From assembly GCA_040752395.1 (NCBI GenBank), contig JBFMHD010000001.1, forward strand, positions 1 through 48,348: DNA of 48,348 bases, given 5' to 3'. A model generated the notes under the pieces. It saw only the letters and a list, made by a program, of their open reading frames with translations. It made no database searches and was not told the origin of the DNA. The translations under genes were made by a program, and so were the position numbers. Below, one piece after another: positions 8,074-16,604 of the stretch; within the stretch, counting starts at the first letter, position 1, and each line of letters starts with the position of its first letter. The DNA comes from Candidatus Hydrogenedentota bacterium (GTDB lineage Bacteria > JBFMHD01).

Positions 8074-8308
8074 ATGGGAACTTTTTATGTCAGTTGCGAG
8101 ATACAAAATCATATACAAAGAAACAACTCGTTTCATATTAAAAATATATTAGTTGATACTGGTAGTGAATATACATGGATTAATGAAGATATTTTGAAAA
8201 AAGTTGGAGTTGTGCCAGAAAAAAAAAGATATAACTTTTATTATGGCAAACGGTCAATACATAATACGTCAAGTCGGATTTGAAGAATTAAAACTTTTCG
8301 GGTGCTGA
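8074..8308 (+). pseudogene. Retropepsin-like (clan AA) aspartyl protease remnant, frameshifted in an A9 run and C-terminally short
   Basis: The active-site motif LVDTGSEYTWI is present. The frame breaks at the A9 run (8219-8227). The +1 frame continues the family-like KKDITFIMANGQYIIRQVGFEELKLFGC and stops at 8306-8308. Confidence 0.55.
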
Positions 8309-8416
8309 CATTTTAGCCGCAATATCTATCTTTAAAATTCTTAATATATAAAACTTATGAAAATAGAGGGGTTGGCGACAAATAGATTTATAATTTTTTA
8401 TATATATCAATGATTT

Positions 8417-9064
8417 TTATTTTATCATTATGAAGTTGGGATATAGTAACATACTAATTGGTTCACTGATAGCGACTGCAGTTGAGATTTCGCTACGGGA
8501 GAACTTAGTATCCCTTGTAAATTCAAGCACACCGATACTTTTTTCTCTTACAAATAATGGCAGACTTAAAACAAATAAATTTTTATCCTTTTCTGTCGAA
8601 AATTTTTCTTTAACAAGTGTCTCACCTGTAAAATATATTTTTCTATTATTAAAAGAATAAATAATAGCAAGACTATTATCGATACTTTCGTTTATCTCAT
8701 ATTCGCGAAAATCATTATTTTCAGGATACGAAACGATCTTTTTAAGTTTATTATTTTTGTATTCAAAGAGATTGATATTTTTAAGATTTAATAATTCTTT
8801 TATGAGTTCGAAGGTTTTAATCAATCTCGAACCATTTTTTTGTTCTCTTATCTCATTTAAGATATTTACAAAAATATTTATCTCAGCCTCACGCCTTTTA
8901 ATATTATCCTCTCTAAGTTTAAATTCTTCTATCTCTTTTTTTAGTTTGTAAATATCTTCGTAAGCCTTGTCTCTTTCTATTAACAATTCAAAATATCTTT
9001 TATTTTTAAGCTTAATAATGTAATAGACTAAAATTACTATTATTATAAAAAATATTATTTCCAT
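8417..9064 (-). CDS. Membrane-anchored coiled-coil protein with a GAF-like C-terminal domain (hypothetical)
   Basis: It has an N-terminal TM helix (IIFFIIIVILVYYII) and a charged coiled-coil (KLKKEIEEFKLREDNIKRREAEI). The C-terminus has a GAF-like pattern (FVLSLPLFVREKSIGVLEF). It overlaps the upstream gene by 10 bp. Confidence 0.5.
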   Translation of the reverse strand: MEIIFFIIIVILVYYIIKLKNKRYFELLIERDKAYEDIYKLKKEIEEFKLREDNIKRREAEINIFVNILNEIREQKNGSRLIKTFELIKELLNLKNINLFEYKNNKLKKIVSYPENNDFREYEINESIDNSLAIIYSFNNRKIYFTGETLVKEKFSTEKDKNLFVLSLPLFVREKSIGVLEFTRDTKFSRSEISTAVAISEPISMLLYPNFIMIK

Positions 9065-9948
9065 AAACTCAAAATCTTGCTGACTATTCTTTCAGCCCCT
9101 TTACCGTCAATTATTCTTCTTGCTTTTCTTGAGAACCCTTCTCGAAATTCTCTATTATAAATCATTAATTTTGATTTTAAATCAAAAGGTGAATAAAGAT
9201 ATGGAAAGACTTTTCTTAGACTCTCTATATTTTTTTTCTGCTCCCTGTTTTTAGGAATAGCAAGCATAGGTTTACCTATGGCTAAAGCTTCAAACATACT
9301 TAAACCGCCACAAACGATTACGAATGAGACCCTCTTTAGTATTTTTAGATATTCTGATTGAGGTATAAAATTTATAGAGGGATATCTCTTATTCCATTTA
9401 CCTGCAACGTATAACTTGCCATTGTAGCTTAATCTTTTTAATGCACGCAATACTTTTTTCAACCATTTATAATCACCAAACCCACCGGGGATTATCAGAC
9501 AACTCATTTCTGTGTCAGTGGTAATTTTTTCTTTTTTTAATTTTAAAATGTCTTTTCTAATTACTACATATTTATATCCATAAAGAGCAGTAGCTTTTTT
9601 ACGGGTTTTTCTATTGATATTACTGTCTATAATAAGGTTTAATGCGTTACGATATTTACCGGTGTTTTCTAATCCAACTATTTGGAAGTATCTCTTTTTT
9701 AGTTTCGGTATATATTCTTCACCGACTTCTTTTGTGTCAAGTAGAAGAATTGTCTTATTATTCCCCATCTTTAGGAGTTGAGCAAATGATTTAAGTCCTG
9801 GAATATTTATATTTTTCATCCTTTTCCCATAGTGAAATATTTCTGTTTTAATTTTTCTTTTTTGGAACCTGTTTTTCAATTCAAGGGACCTTACGATATG
9901 TCCCATCCCTATCTTTTGACTTCCTATACAAACTATAACAATTTTCAT
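9055..9948 (-). CDS. PseG/SpsG-like glycosyltransferase-fold protein (nucleotide-sugar hydrolase/transferase family)
   Basis: The N-terminal IVCIGSQKIGMGHIVRSLEL resembles the GxGHxxR motif of the PseG/SpsG family. It directly abuts (no gap) the SpsF-like gene upstream. Confidence 0.6.
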   Translation of the reverse strand: MKIVIVCIGSQKIGMGHIVRSLELKNRFQKRKIKTEIFHYGKRMKNINIPGLKSFAQLLKMGNNKTILLLDTKEVGEEYIPKLKKRYFQIVGLENTGKYRNALNLIIDSNINRKTRKKATALYGYKYVVIRKDILKLKKEKITTDTEMSCLIIPGGFGDYKWLKKVLRALKRLSYNGKLYVAGKWNKRYPSINFIPQSEYLKILKRVSFVIVCGGLSMFEALAIGKPMLAIPKNREQKKNIESLRKVFPYLYSPFDLKSKLMIYNREFREGFSRKARRIIDGKGAERIVSKILSLWK

Positions 9949-10677
9949 TCACTCACCCAATATTTTTTGTTTTACATTTTTATTCCAGTCAAAGGGCTCT
10001 GGATTTTGTTTATAATATGCGAATACTCTTTCAATCGGCAAAAAGTCTTTGTTTTCTTTTAATAATTTTTCGTAGAGGTGATTTATCAATTTATAATCAT
10101 TTTCTTCATCTACGGTTAATCTTAAGAAAGAATAATCGCCATAAGGTGAGATAACTTTACCGAGTTTAAATTTATCCGGGTTAAGATAGAAATATGGTGT
10201 TACGTGTTCATGTTCATAAACATTTGTTGCTTGCTTGAAATTATTTTCCAAAGCAGAAAAAGTAAAACCCTCAACCCCACCACCAACAGGTAGCCCTTCG
10301 ATATTAACATAGTCACATTTTTCCCGGATCAATTTATCGATAACCATCTCTGCGGTAACTATATCAATGAGGGGATTATCACCTGTGGCACGGAGTATAA
10401 CATCAAGCTTAAACTTCCGGGCTGCATAATAATATCGTGCGAGCACATCATCGAGTGGTCCGACAAACCAATTAACGTTTCGGTTTTTAGAGATTTCAAT
10501 TAGTGGTTCGATGCCGGGTTCATCTGCGATGGCTACTATAACAGTATCGACGTTTTTGATTCTTAAAAGACGTAATATAATCCAATCAGTCAGTGTTTTA
10601 TCTTTAATCAAAAGGAGTGATTTATTCTTCAATCTTATGGAAGATATTCTTGTTTGTAAGATAGCACCTGTTTTCAT
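9949..10677 (-). CDS. SpsF-like cytidylyltransferase (acylneuraminate/CMP-sugar cytidylyltransferase family)
   Basis: The N-terminus GAILQTRISSIRLKNKSLL, VDTVIVAIAD and LRATGDNPLID are typical of SpsF/NeuA-like cytidylyltransferases. Confidence 0.7.
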   Translation of the reverse strand: MKTGAILQTRISSIRLKNKSLLLIKDKTLTDWIILRLLRIKNVDTVIVAIADEPGIEPLIEISKNRNVNWFVGPLDDVLARYYYAARKFKLDVILRATGDNPLIDIVTAEMVIDKLIREKCDYVNIEGLPVGGGVEGFTFSALENNFKQATNVYEHEHVTPYFYLNPDKFKLGKVISPYGDYSFLRLTVDEENDYKLINHLYEKLLKENKDFLPIERVFAYYKQNPEPFDWNKNVKQKILGE

Positions 10678-10722
10678 AATAATCAGAAGTAAGAAGTATA
10701 CTGAGGGAATACGGGTAAACGG

Positions 10723-13700
10723 CTAAAAATCAAGTCTGAAACGGACCCAGTAATCACCACCCGAATCTTTAACACCCTCTAATTTTAAGTCCTCTCTAAG
10801 TTGTAACCCGAAGCCGTATTCAGTAGTTTTGTCTTCGACACGTTTTGTTATGCTTGTTTGAAATCTGGAAGTAATATCCTTTTCAATTCTGATCACAGCC
10901 TCTTCAACCTCACCTGTTTCTTCTTTTCTGACATAAGGTTCTATCATAAGATAATCAAGCCCAAATGCACGTGAAACATTCTCACCAACTGTACTTACTC
11001 CTGGTAAAGAGCTTGCCACACCACTTGTTATCTCAGAAGATAAAATATCAAATATAACGTTTTTCTCTGTTCTATTAAAAAACAGCAGGGAATAAATATC
11101 CTCTTTGCTCATCTCAGGCATACTATAAAAATTATAGGTTGGTGAAGATAATAGTCCGCTCAGTTTAAGATAAATATTTATTTTTCTTATATTGGTTTTA
11201 CAGATAAGCTCGATTGTTGGTTTTGTTTCGTCATCAGGGTACACAATTTTGCCTTCAACTACTTCCATATAAAGTTCAGGGGTCAGGGCAAATTCGCCAC
11301 CAGTAACAATGAACTCAGCTACAAGTTTAGGGTTATCAAACGTATTTTTCAGTCTGAATCCTCCCTGCAGTTCGAGCTTCCATCTATCGGTTAAAAGATA
11401 GAGTATGCCCTCTTGAAGAAAAAGCAGGTTCAATTGTATATTTCTATCCTGTTTTGGTATTACTCGTTGAAGTTTTCTGGGGTAAAACCTTATGCCATCA
11501 GCAAGAATAACTTTTCCTTTTATTTCATTTTTCATTTTAGCTGACTGCAGAGTAATATTAGCACTGAGTGTTCCCTGTAATCCGAAATCATCAAACTCAG
11601 CTCCCTGGCCTGATAAATTCAGGGTATAATTTTCAAGGTCAGGCATATAACCTGTAAACTCAACACTCCCGCCTTTAAAGATTGATTTACCGAATAATCT
11701 GACGTGGCCTGTTTTGTCGCCGTATAAATGGAATTCTCCATTAGCAAAATTATCTTTAAAACTACCGATAGTGAATGTAACATCAGTTGCATCAACCCTG
11801 CCTTTTATAGTCGGATTATCTTTTTTCCCGAAGATCTCAAGTTTCCCCTCTATAAATCCTTTCATATTTTTAAATAGTCCCCACGATGACAACATAAATT
11901 CTCTGCCTTTAATAAAGAGTTCGATATCAAGAACATCTCTTAATATACTCTTTCCCTTGACTTCAAAGGGCAATCCCTCAAGAAAACCGCCGACGTTCTC
12001 TATCGTGACGGTTTGGCCGTGAAATAAAAACCTGCCTCTATCTAATTTTAGTTCAAGGTCTCTATCAATAAGAAGGCTTGATTTAATATAAGTAGTTGTA
12101 TCTATATTTAATTCGCCTGAGATGTCATCTTTACCATCGACTGTTCTACTTAAAGAAATCTTTCCACTTAGCTCACCATCCCCGAAATATTCTTTCCCAA
12201 GTATCACATTTATCAAGGTAGGATTAAATTTATACAATTCTCCTATGAGTTTATACATACCGGTATCTTCGAAAGAATAATCTCCTGTTAAGCTCATTTC
12301 TCCTTCTTCACTTTTTACATAAAATTTATCAAGAAAGATTTTATTTTTCTGTATTTTACCATCAATATCAACTACCATTTGTTTATTCTGGAACATAAAG
12401 ACTCCACCCTGTAAATACACACTGCCTTCAATATTATTTATATCACCATACAATTCCATTCTGACATCTCCCTTAATTTGAGTTAGTTGAGGTCTTACTA
12501 ATTCAAAGATACGGGTGGATAGTTTAGGGGTATTTAGATAGAATTGTGCGGCTTTATCCGATCCAAAATTTAACTTAAGAGTAAATTCTCCATAATCTCC
12601 TTTAACTGTAAACTTATCTATTACTAAATTTTCATTAAGAAAAGCGAGATTCATTGAATCGATATTTCCGATAAGATTGTTTTTGTAATAAAAGGCTATA
12701 TTTTTCAGATAGGCTTTATTATCTTTATATATGACTTTACTTTCATTAATTACTTTCAGATAATATTCTTTGCTTAATATCTCACCTTTTTCAAGCGTTA
12801 TATTTTCCTTAAAATAATTTCCCTGACCAGCTATAAAATCAGCTAATTCTCTGCTATTTTTTTTAAGATTAAGCAAGGTAAAAGCAAACTCTTTTTTACT
12901 TTCATCTGAAAAAATGTTTTTTAATTCTATTCTTAAATTTTTGCTTACTGCGCCACATATTTCAGCCCCCCTTGCTATAATGATTTCTTCATCGATTATG
13001 TTTTTATAATCGCAAATAATCTGTGAAGAGAATTCAAAATCATTTAGAATAAACTTATCAGAGAATCCTTTCAACCAGTTACCTCTGTCTTTGCCGGCAC
13101 CAAAGACCATAAATTGATACAGATTCTCATTTATAAAACCAATGGACTTAATGGACAACCTTTCAGTTTTTGCTTTTATTTCAGGGAATCTTATACAGGT
13201 ATTATCTCCTTCAAATCGAAAGGTGCAATCAAATTCAGGATAATCTTTATAGATTATTTTACTTTTATCTATTTCTCCGCGCAGATATTCTTCGCCCCTG
13301 GTATTAATATCAACAGAGAGAAGCATTTTGGCTTCTTGGACCTTTATCTTTTTATCAGGCAGAATAAACTTATTTATATCAGCTCTTGATTCGATCCTTA
13401 TCTCTCCTTTAGTATCTCTTCTGAACTTACCAAGGAAGTCTATATCAAGTTCGCGGCTATTTTTAAAAGTCTTATTTCCTGCTATAGATATCTTCGCTTC
13501 CTGTATTTTTTTGTTTATAATCACGCTCTTCCAGTCAAAGAAGAGGTTTCCCACCCTGTAAAAGAAATCTTCAAGGAAGATAGCATCGTCAATAAATAAA
13601 AGACTCAATCTGTATGGGCCCATAAATTCTTCAAGAATTTTTAAATTATCGCCCTTTAACGTAATGCGTTTATCTTTATAATCATATTTACCTTCAATTT

Positions 13701-14520
13701 TTCCATCTATTACAAAATCATCCCTGCTTATATTTAGATTATATCTCTGTAGATTAATTCTTTTTGGTAGAGCCTCAACCTCTTTAAAAATTCTTATAGC
13801 TTTAAATAAAAAACTGAAATCTACTTTCTTTTCAGAAACAAAATTAATTCTTCCTTCTTTAAACTCATCATCATTAAACCTACCAAAGATGTTTTCCACA
13901 AGCATCTTACCTTTATCATCGCGTTTTATTGTTCCTCTCAAACCATCGATCGAGAAAAAACCTGATACTTTCAGATCAAAGTCTTCTATCTCGCCTGAAA
14001 AATATCCGGGTTCGAGTTTTAAATAAAATCCGAAGTCCTGTATCGGATAAGTCTTATCCTTGTATATAACCACACCCTTACCATTTATTATCCGTATCCT
14101 TTTCTTTTCATAAACAATATCCTCAGGATTCATACGCGGTGGCTTGATTGTAACAGGGAATGGGAACTTTGTATGTAGAATTGGTTTATTCAGTAGTATT
14201 TTAGTCCATTTAAATTTACCTCTAAGCAATGCGAAAAATTTATAATTAATGTCGAGTTTGGGGATTCTTGAAGATAAAACCTCTTCATTATTTTTTATTT
14301 TTCTCAATACCACATTGTAAAGAGATACTCTGCCAGGCAATATAATACTGCGCTTATAGAATAATTCCATATCAAATGTCTGTCTTACAGCTGTTTTTAA
14401 ATGTAGGTCTATTGTCTTTTTTATAAATGGTAGATAACGCTTTGCTATAAGAAAGACAGTTACAAAGATTAGAAGATATAATAAAATTATCTCGAATCTA
14501 ATCTTTAATTTTTCTTTCAT
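10723..14520 (-). CDS. tamB: TamB-like translocation and assembly module protein (AsmA-like / DUF490 family)
   Basis: The protein is 1265 aa with a single N-terminal TM anchor and a long repetitive beta-rich body. The C-terminal DUF490-like region ends in an aromatic tail (...GGDYWVRFRLDF). Confidence 0.7.
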   Translation of the reverse strand: MKEKLKIRFEIILLYLLIFVTVFLIAKRYLPFIKKTIDLHLKTAVRQTFDMELFYKRSIILPGRVSLYNVVLRKIKNNEEVLSSRIPKLDINYKFFALLRGKFKWTKILLNKPILHTKFPFPVTIKPPRMNPEDIVYEKKRIRIINGKGVVIYKDKTYPIQDFGFYLKLEPGYFSGEIEDFDLKVSGFFSIDGLRGTIKRDDKGKMLVENIFGRFNDDEFKEGRINFVSEKKVDFSFLFKAIRIFKEVEALPKRINLQRYNLNISRDDFVIDGKIEGKYDYKDKRITLKGDNLKILEEFMGPYRLSLLFIDDAIFLEDFFYRVGNLFFDWKSVIINKKIQEAKISIAGNKTFKNSRELDIDFLGKFRRDTKGEIRIESRADINKFILPDKKIKVQEAKMLLSVDINTRGEEYLRGEIDKSKIIYKDYPEFDCTFRFEGDNTCIRFPEIKAKTERLSIKSIGFINENLYQFMVFGAGKDRGNWLKGFSDKFILNDFEFSSQIICDYKNIIDEEIIIARGAEICGAVSKNLRIELKNIFSDESKKEFAFTLLNLKKNSRELADFIAGQGNYFKENITLEKGEILSKEYYLKVINESKVIYKDNKAYLKNIAFYYKNNLIGNIDSMNLAFLNENLVIDKFTVKGDYGEFTLKLNFGSDKAAQFYLNTPKLSTRIFELVRPQLTQIKGDVRMELYGDINNIEGSVYLQGGVFMFQNKQMVVDIDGKIQKNKIFLDKFYVKSEEGEMSLTGDYSFEDTGMYKLIGELYKFNPTLINVILGKEYFGDGELSGKISLSRTVDGKDDISGELNIDTTTYIKSSLLIDRDLELKLDRGRFLFHGQTVTIENVGGFLEGLPFEVKGKSILRDVLDIELFIKGREFMLSSWGLFKNMKGFIEGKLEIFGKKDNPTIKGRVDATDVTFTIGSFKDNFANGEFHLYGDKTGHVRLFGKSIFKGGSVEFTGYMPDLENYTLNLSGQGAEFDDFGLQGTLSANITLQSAKMKNEIKGKVILADGIRFYPRKLQRVIPKQDRNIQLNLLFLQEGILYLLTDRWKLELQGGFRLKNTFDNPKLVAEFIVTGGEFALTPELYMEVVEGKIVYPDDETKPTIELICKTNIRKINIYLKLSGLLSSPTYNFYSMPEMSKEDIYSLLFFNRTEKNVIFDILSSEITSGVASSLPGVSTVGENVSRAFGLDYLMIEPYVRKEETGEVEEAVIRIEKDITSRFQTSITKRVEDKTTEYGFGLQLREDLKLEGVKDSGGDYWVRFRLDF

Positions 14521-15358
14521 ATATCTTCCTTATCTTTTTAATAATCTCATTATGAACATCGAATTTTCTTATATCTCTTATTTCTTTTACCTCAGCTATG
14601 CCGGTAAGACTTCCAGTAAGAAACATACTATCGAAGTTCGAAATCGAATCCTTATAAATAACACCACCTTTAAGATGTATCCCTTCAGATATCGCTATAT
14701 CTATTATAATACTTCTCGTAACTCCTGCCAGTATATTTTTATCCGGATAAAAGATAGTATTATTTTTTATAAAAAATATGTTTGTATGAGAGCCTTCAAG
14801 CAAAGCACCAGCTCTATCCACTAATATCGCCTCGAAACAATTATTCTCTCTTGCTTCTTTTTGTGCTAAAGCAAATGATAAATAGTGATTTATACTTTTT
14901 ATATCACAAGAAATACCTAATGAATAAGGTGAAATAAACTTCGAGATGATACAATTAACACCATCGTGTGGTATAATCACTCTCTTTTCTTTTATTAATA
15001 TTACATATATTATGTCTTTTGCTGTATTATAAAGTAATCTACATCTATAATATCCTTTATTGAACCTTTTGAAAAAATTTATAAGTAGAGGATATAATTT
15101 TTCGATATCTATTTTACTTTGTATATTTAGTATTTTCTGAGCTTTGTAGGTTCTAATCAAATGCTCTTTTAAAAAGTAGGTTTTTCCATAATCGCAAGCA
15201 AATGTCTCAAAAAGGATAATAGAACCAGGGTCAAGAAACCATACAGGGAACGAATAGCGTTCTTTTATTTTATAATTATTTGTCTCGAATAATCTCAAAG
15301 AAAGCCTCTGCTTTGCGTAAAGTCTCTTTGTACTCATTTCGCGGTATAGAATCAGCAA
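14498..15358 (-). CDS. pabC: Class IV aminotransferase fold; aminodeoxychorismate lyase by context
   Basis: FLDPGSIILFETF, LLEGSHTNIFFIKNNTIFYP and ILAGVTRSIII are class IV motifs. It lies immediately downstream of pabB. The true start is uncertain, because the ORF overlaps pabB by up to 83 nt. Confidence 0.7.
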   Translation of the reverse strand: MLILYREMSTKRLYAKQRLSLRLFETNNYKIKERYSFPVWFLDPGSIILFETFACDYGKTYFLKEHLIRTYKAQKILNIQSKIDIEKLYPLLINFFKRFNKGYYRCRLLYNTAKDIIYVILIKEKRVIIPHDGVNCIISKFISPYSLGISCDIKSINHYLSFALAQKEARENNCFEAILVDRAGALLEGSHTNIFFIKNNTIFYPDKNILAGVTRSIIIDIAISEGIHLKGGVIYKDSISNFDSMFLTGSLTGIAEVKEIRDIRKFDVHNEIIKKIRKIYERKIKD

Positions 15359-16604
15359 CTATACCAGCACCTGTATAGAGCCGACCTTCTATCCCTTTAA
15401 ATACAAGCGTCCTTATAATAATATTAAAATCCATATTAGAGTCAAAACTTATATATCCTGCGGCACCTGTATAAAATTCTCTTGGATAACTTTCGAGTTC
15501 ACTTATAATTTGCATAGCTCTTACTTTAGGGCATCCTGTAATTGTGCCACCGGGGAAGATAGCTCTGAATATATCTTTTATCGTTATATTTTTTTTTAAC
15601 TTAGTGGTTATTCTCGAGACAAGGTGTATAAGATGGGAATATTCTTCGATTTCAAGTAGGTCTTGGACTTTCACAGAGCCTGTTTCTGCGATTCTGCCAA
15701 GGTCATTACGTTCAAGGTCAACAAGCATAATGTGTTCAGCGAGTTCCTTGGTATCTCTTTTAAAGGAATTTTTTTGTTTTATAGGATAGGTTCCTGCTAT
15801 GGGTCGGGTCTCGATATAATTACCTGATTTTTTAAATAGTCTCTCAGGAGAACAGGAGATGACCTCTATCTCATCTTTATAATTCAAATAACAACTAAAT
15901 GGTGATGGATTAACGTTCATTAATTTTCTAAAGATATGAAAAGTATTATTTTTACTGTTTTTGTATAGTTTAAATGGTTGTGCGAGATTTACCTGATAGA
16001 TATCACCCTCTTTGATATAGTATTTGGCTTTTTTCACCATTTTTAAGAATTTATTTTTTGGAACCATTCCGGTCCATTTCGTGTCACGGATAGTGCAGCA
16101 TGGCAAATGATAGCCAGGAGACTTAATTTCTTTTAATATTAAATCTACTTCTTTATTATTGTTACCAAAAACGTATAGTATGTTAGTGTAATTATCAATG
16201 ATTATACCTTTCTTGAAAAGACCAAAAATGTAATACGGTAGATTTAATTTCTTATCAATTCGTGCTATGTGGATATTTTCAAACAGACCGAGCATCTCAT
16301 AAGACATTATACCTGCCCATCCGCCAGTAAACGGCGGTCTCAAGACAGTCTTTTTTGTTGAAACAGGGCAGATGTTTTTTTCGATTATTTTAAAGATATC
16401 ATCATTTAATGTTTTAGAGGTTACAATTTTTTGTGGCTCTTTGAGTATTATAGAATATCTTGAGGCATCTTTTATCCAGGATTTAGTTCTTTTAAGTTTC
16501 AATTTAGGGCTGTAAAAAAATATATTTAGTGTCTTATTGTCAAAGATACGTTCAAAAATATCTATTGCGTTGCCATTAAAAGGAATTTTTTCAATATAAT
16601 TCAT
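15276..16604 (-). CDS. pabB: Aminodeoxychorismate synthase component I (chorismate-binding enzyme)
   Basis: Chorismate-binding motifs are present: SPERLF, RPIAGT, PGGTITGCPKVRAMQII and GAGIVADSIPRNEYKET. Confidence 0.8.
   Translation of the reverse strand: MNYIEKIPFNGNAIDIFERIFDNKTLNIFFYSPKLKLKRTKSWIKDASRYSIILKEPQKIVTSKTLNDDIFKIIEKNICPVSTKKTVLRPPFTGGWAGIMSYEMLGLFENIHIARIDKKLNLPYYIFGLFKKGIIIDNYTNILYVFGNNNKEVDLILKEIKSPGYHLPCCTIRDTKWTGMVPKNKFLKMVKKAKYYIKEGDIYQVNLAQPFKLYKNSKNNTFHIFRKLMNVNPSPFSCYLNYKDEIEVISCSPERLFKKSGNYIETRPIAGTYPIKQKNSFKRDTKELAEHIMLVDLERNDLGRIAETGSVKVQDLLEIEEYSHLIHLVSRITTKLKKNITIKDIFRAIFPGGTITGCPKVRAMQIISELESYPREFYTGAAGYISFDSNMDFNIIIRTLVFKGIEGRLYTGAGIVADSIPRNEYKETLRKAEAFFEIIRDK

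Noticed and set aside
7945-8136. A 63-aa minus-strand ORF lies in the cysE - aspartyl protease spacer.
   Set aside because: It overlaps the plus-strand promoter, Shine-Dalgarno and start of the protease remnant. It has no RBS and reads as low-complexity AT-rich translation.
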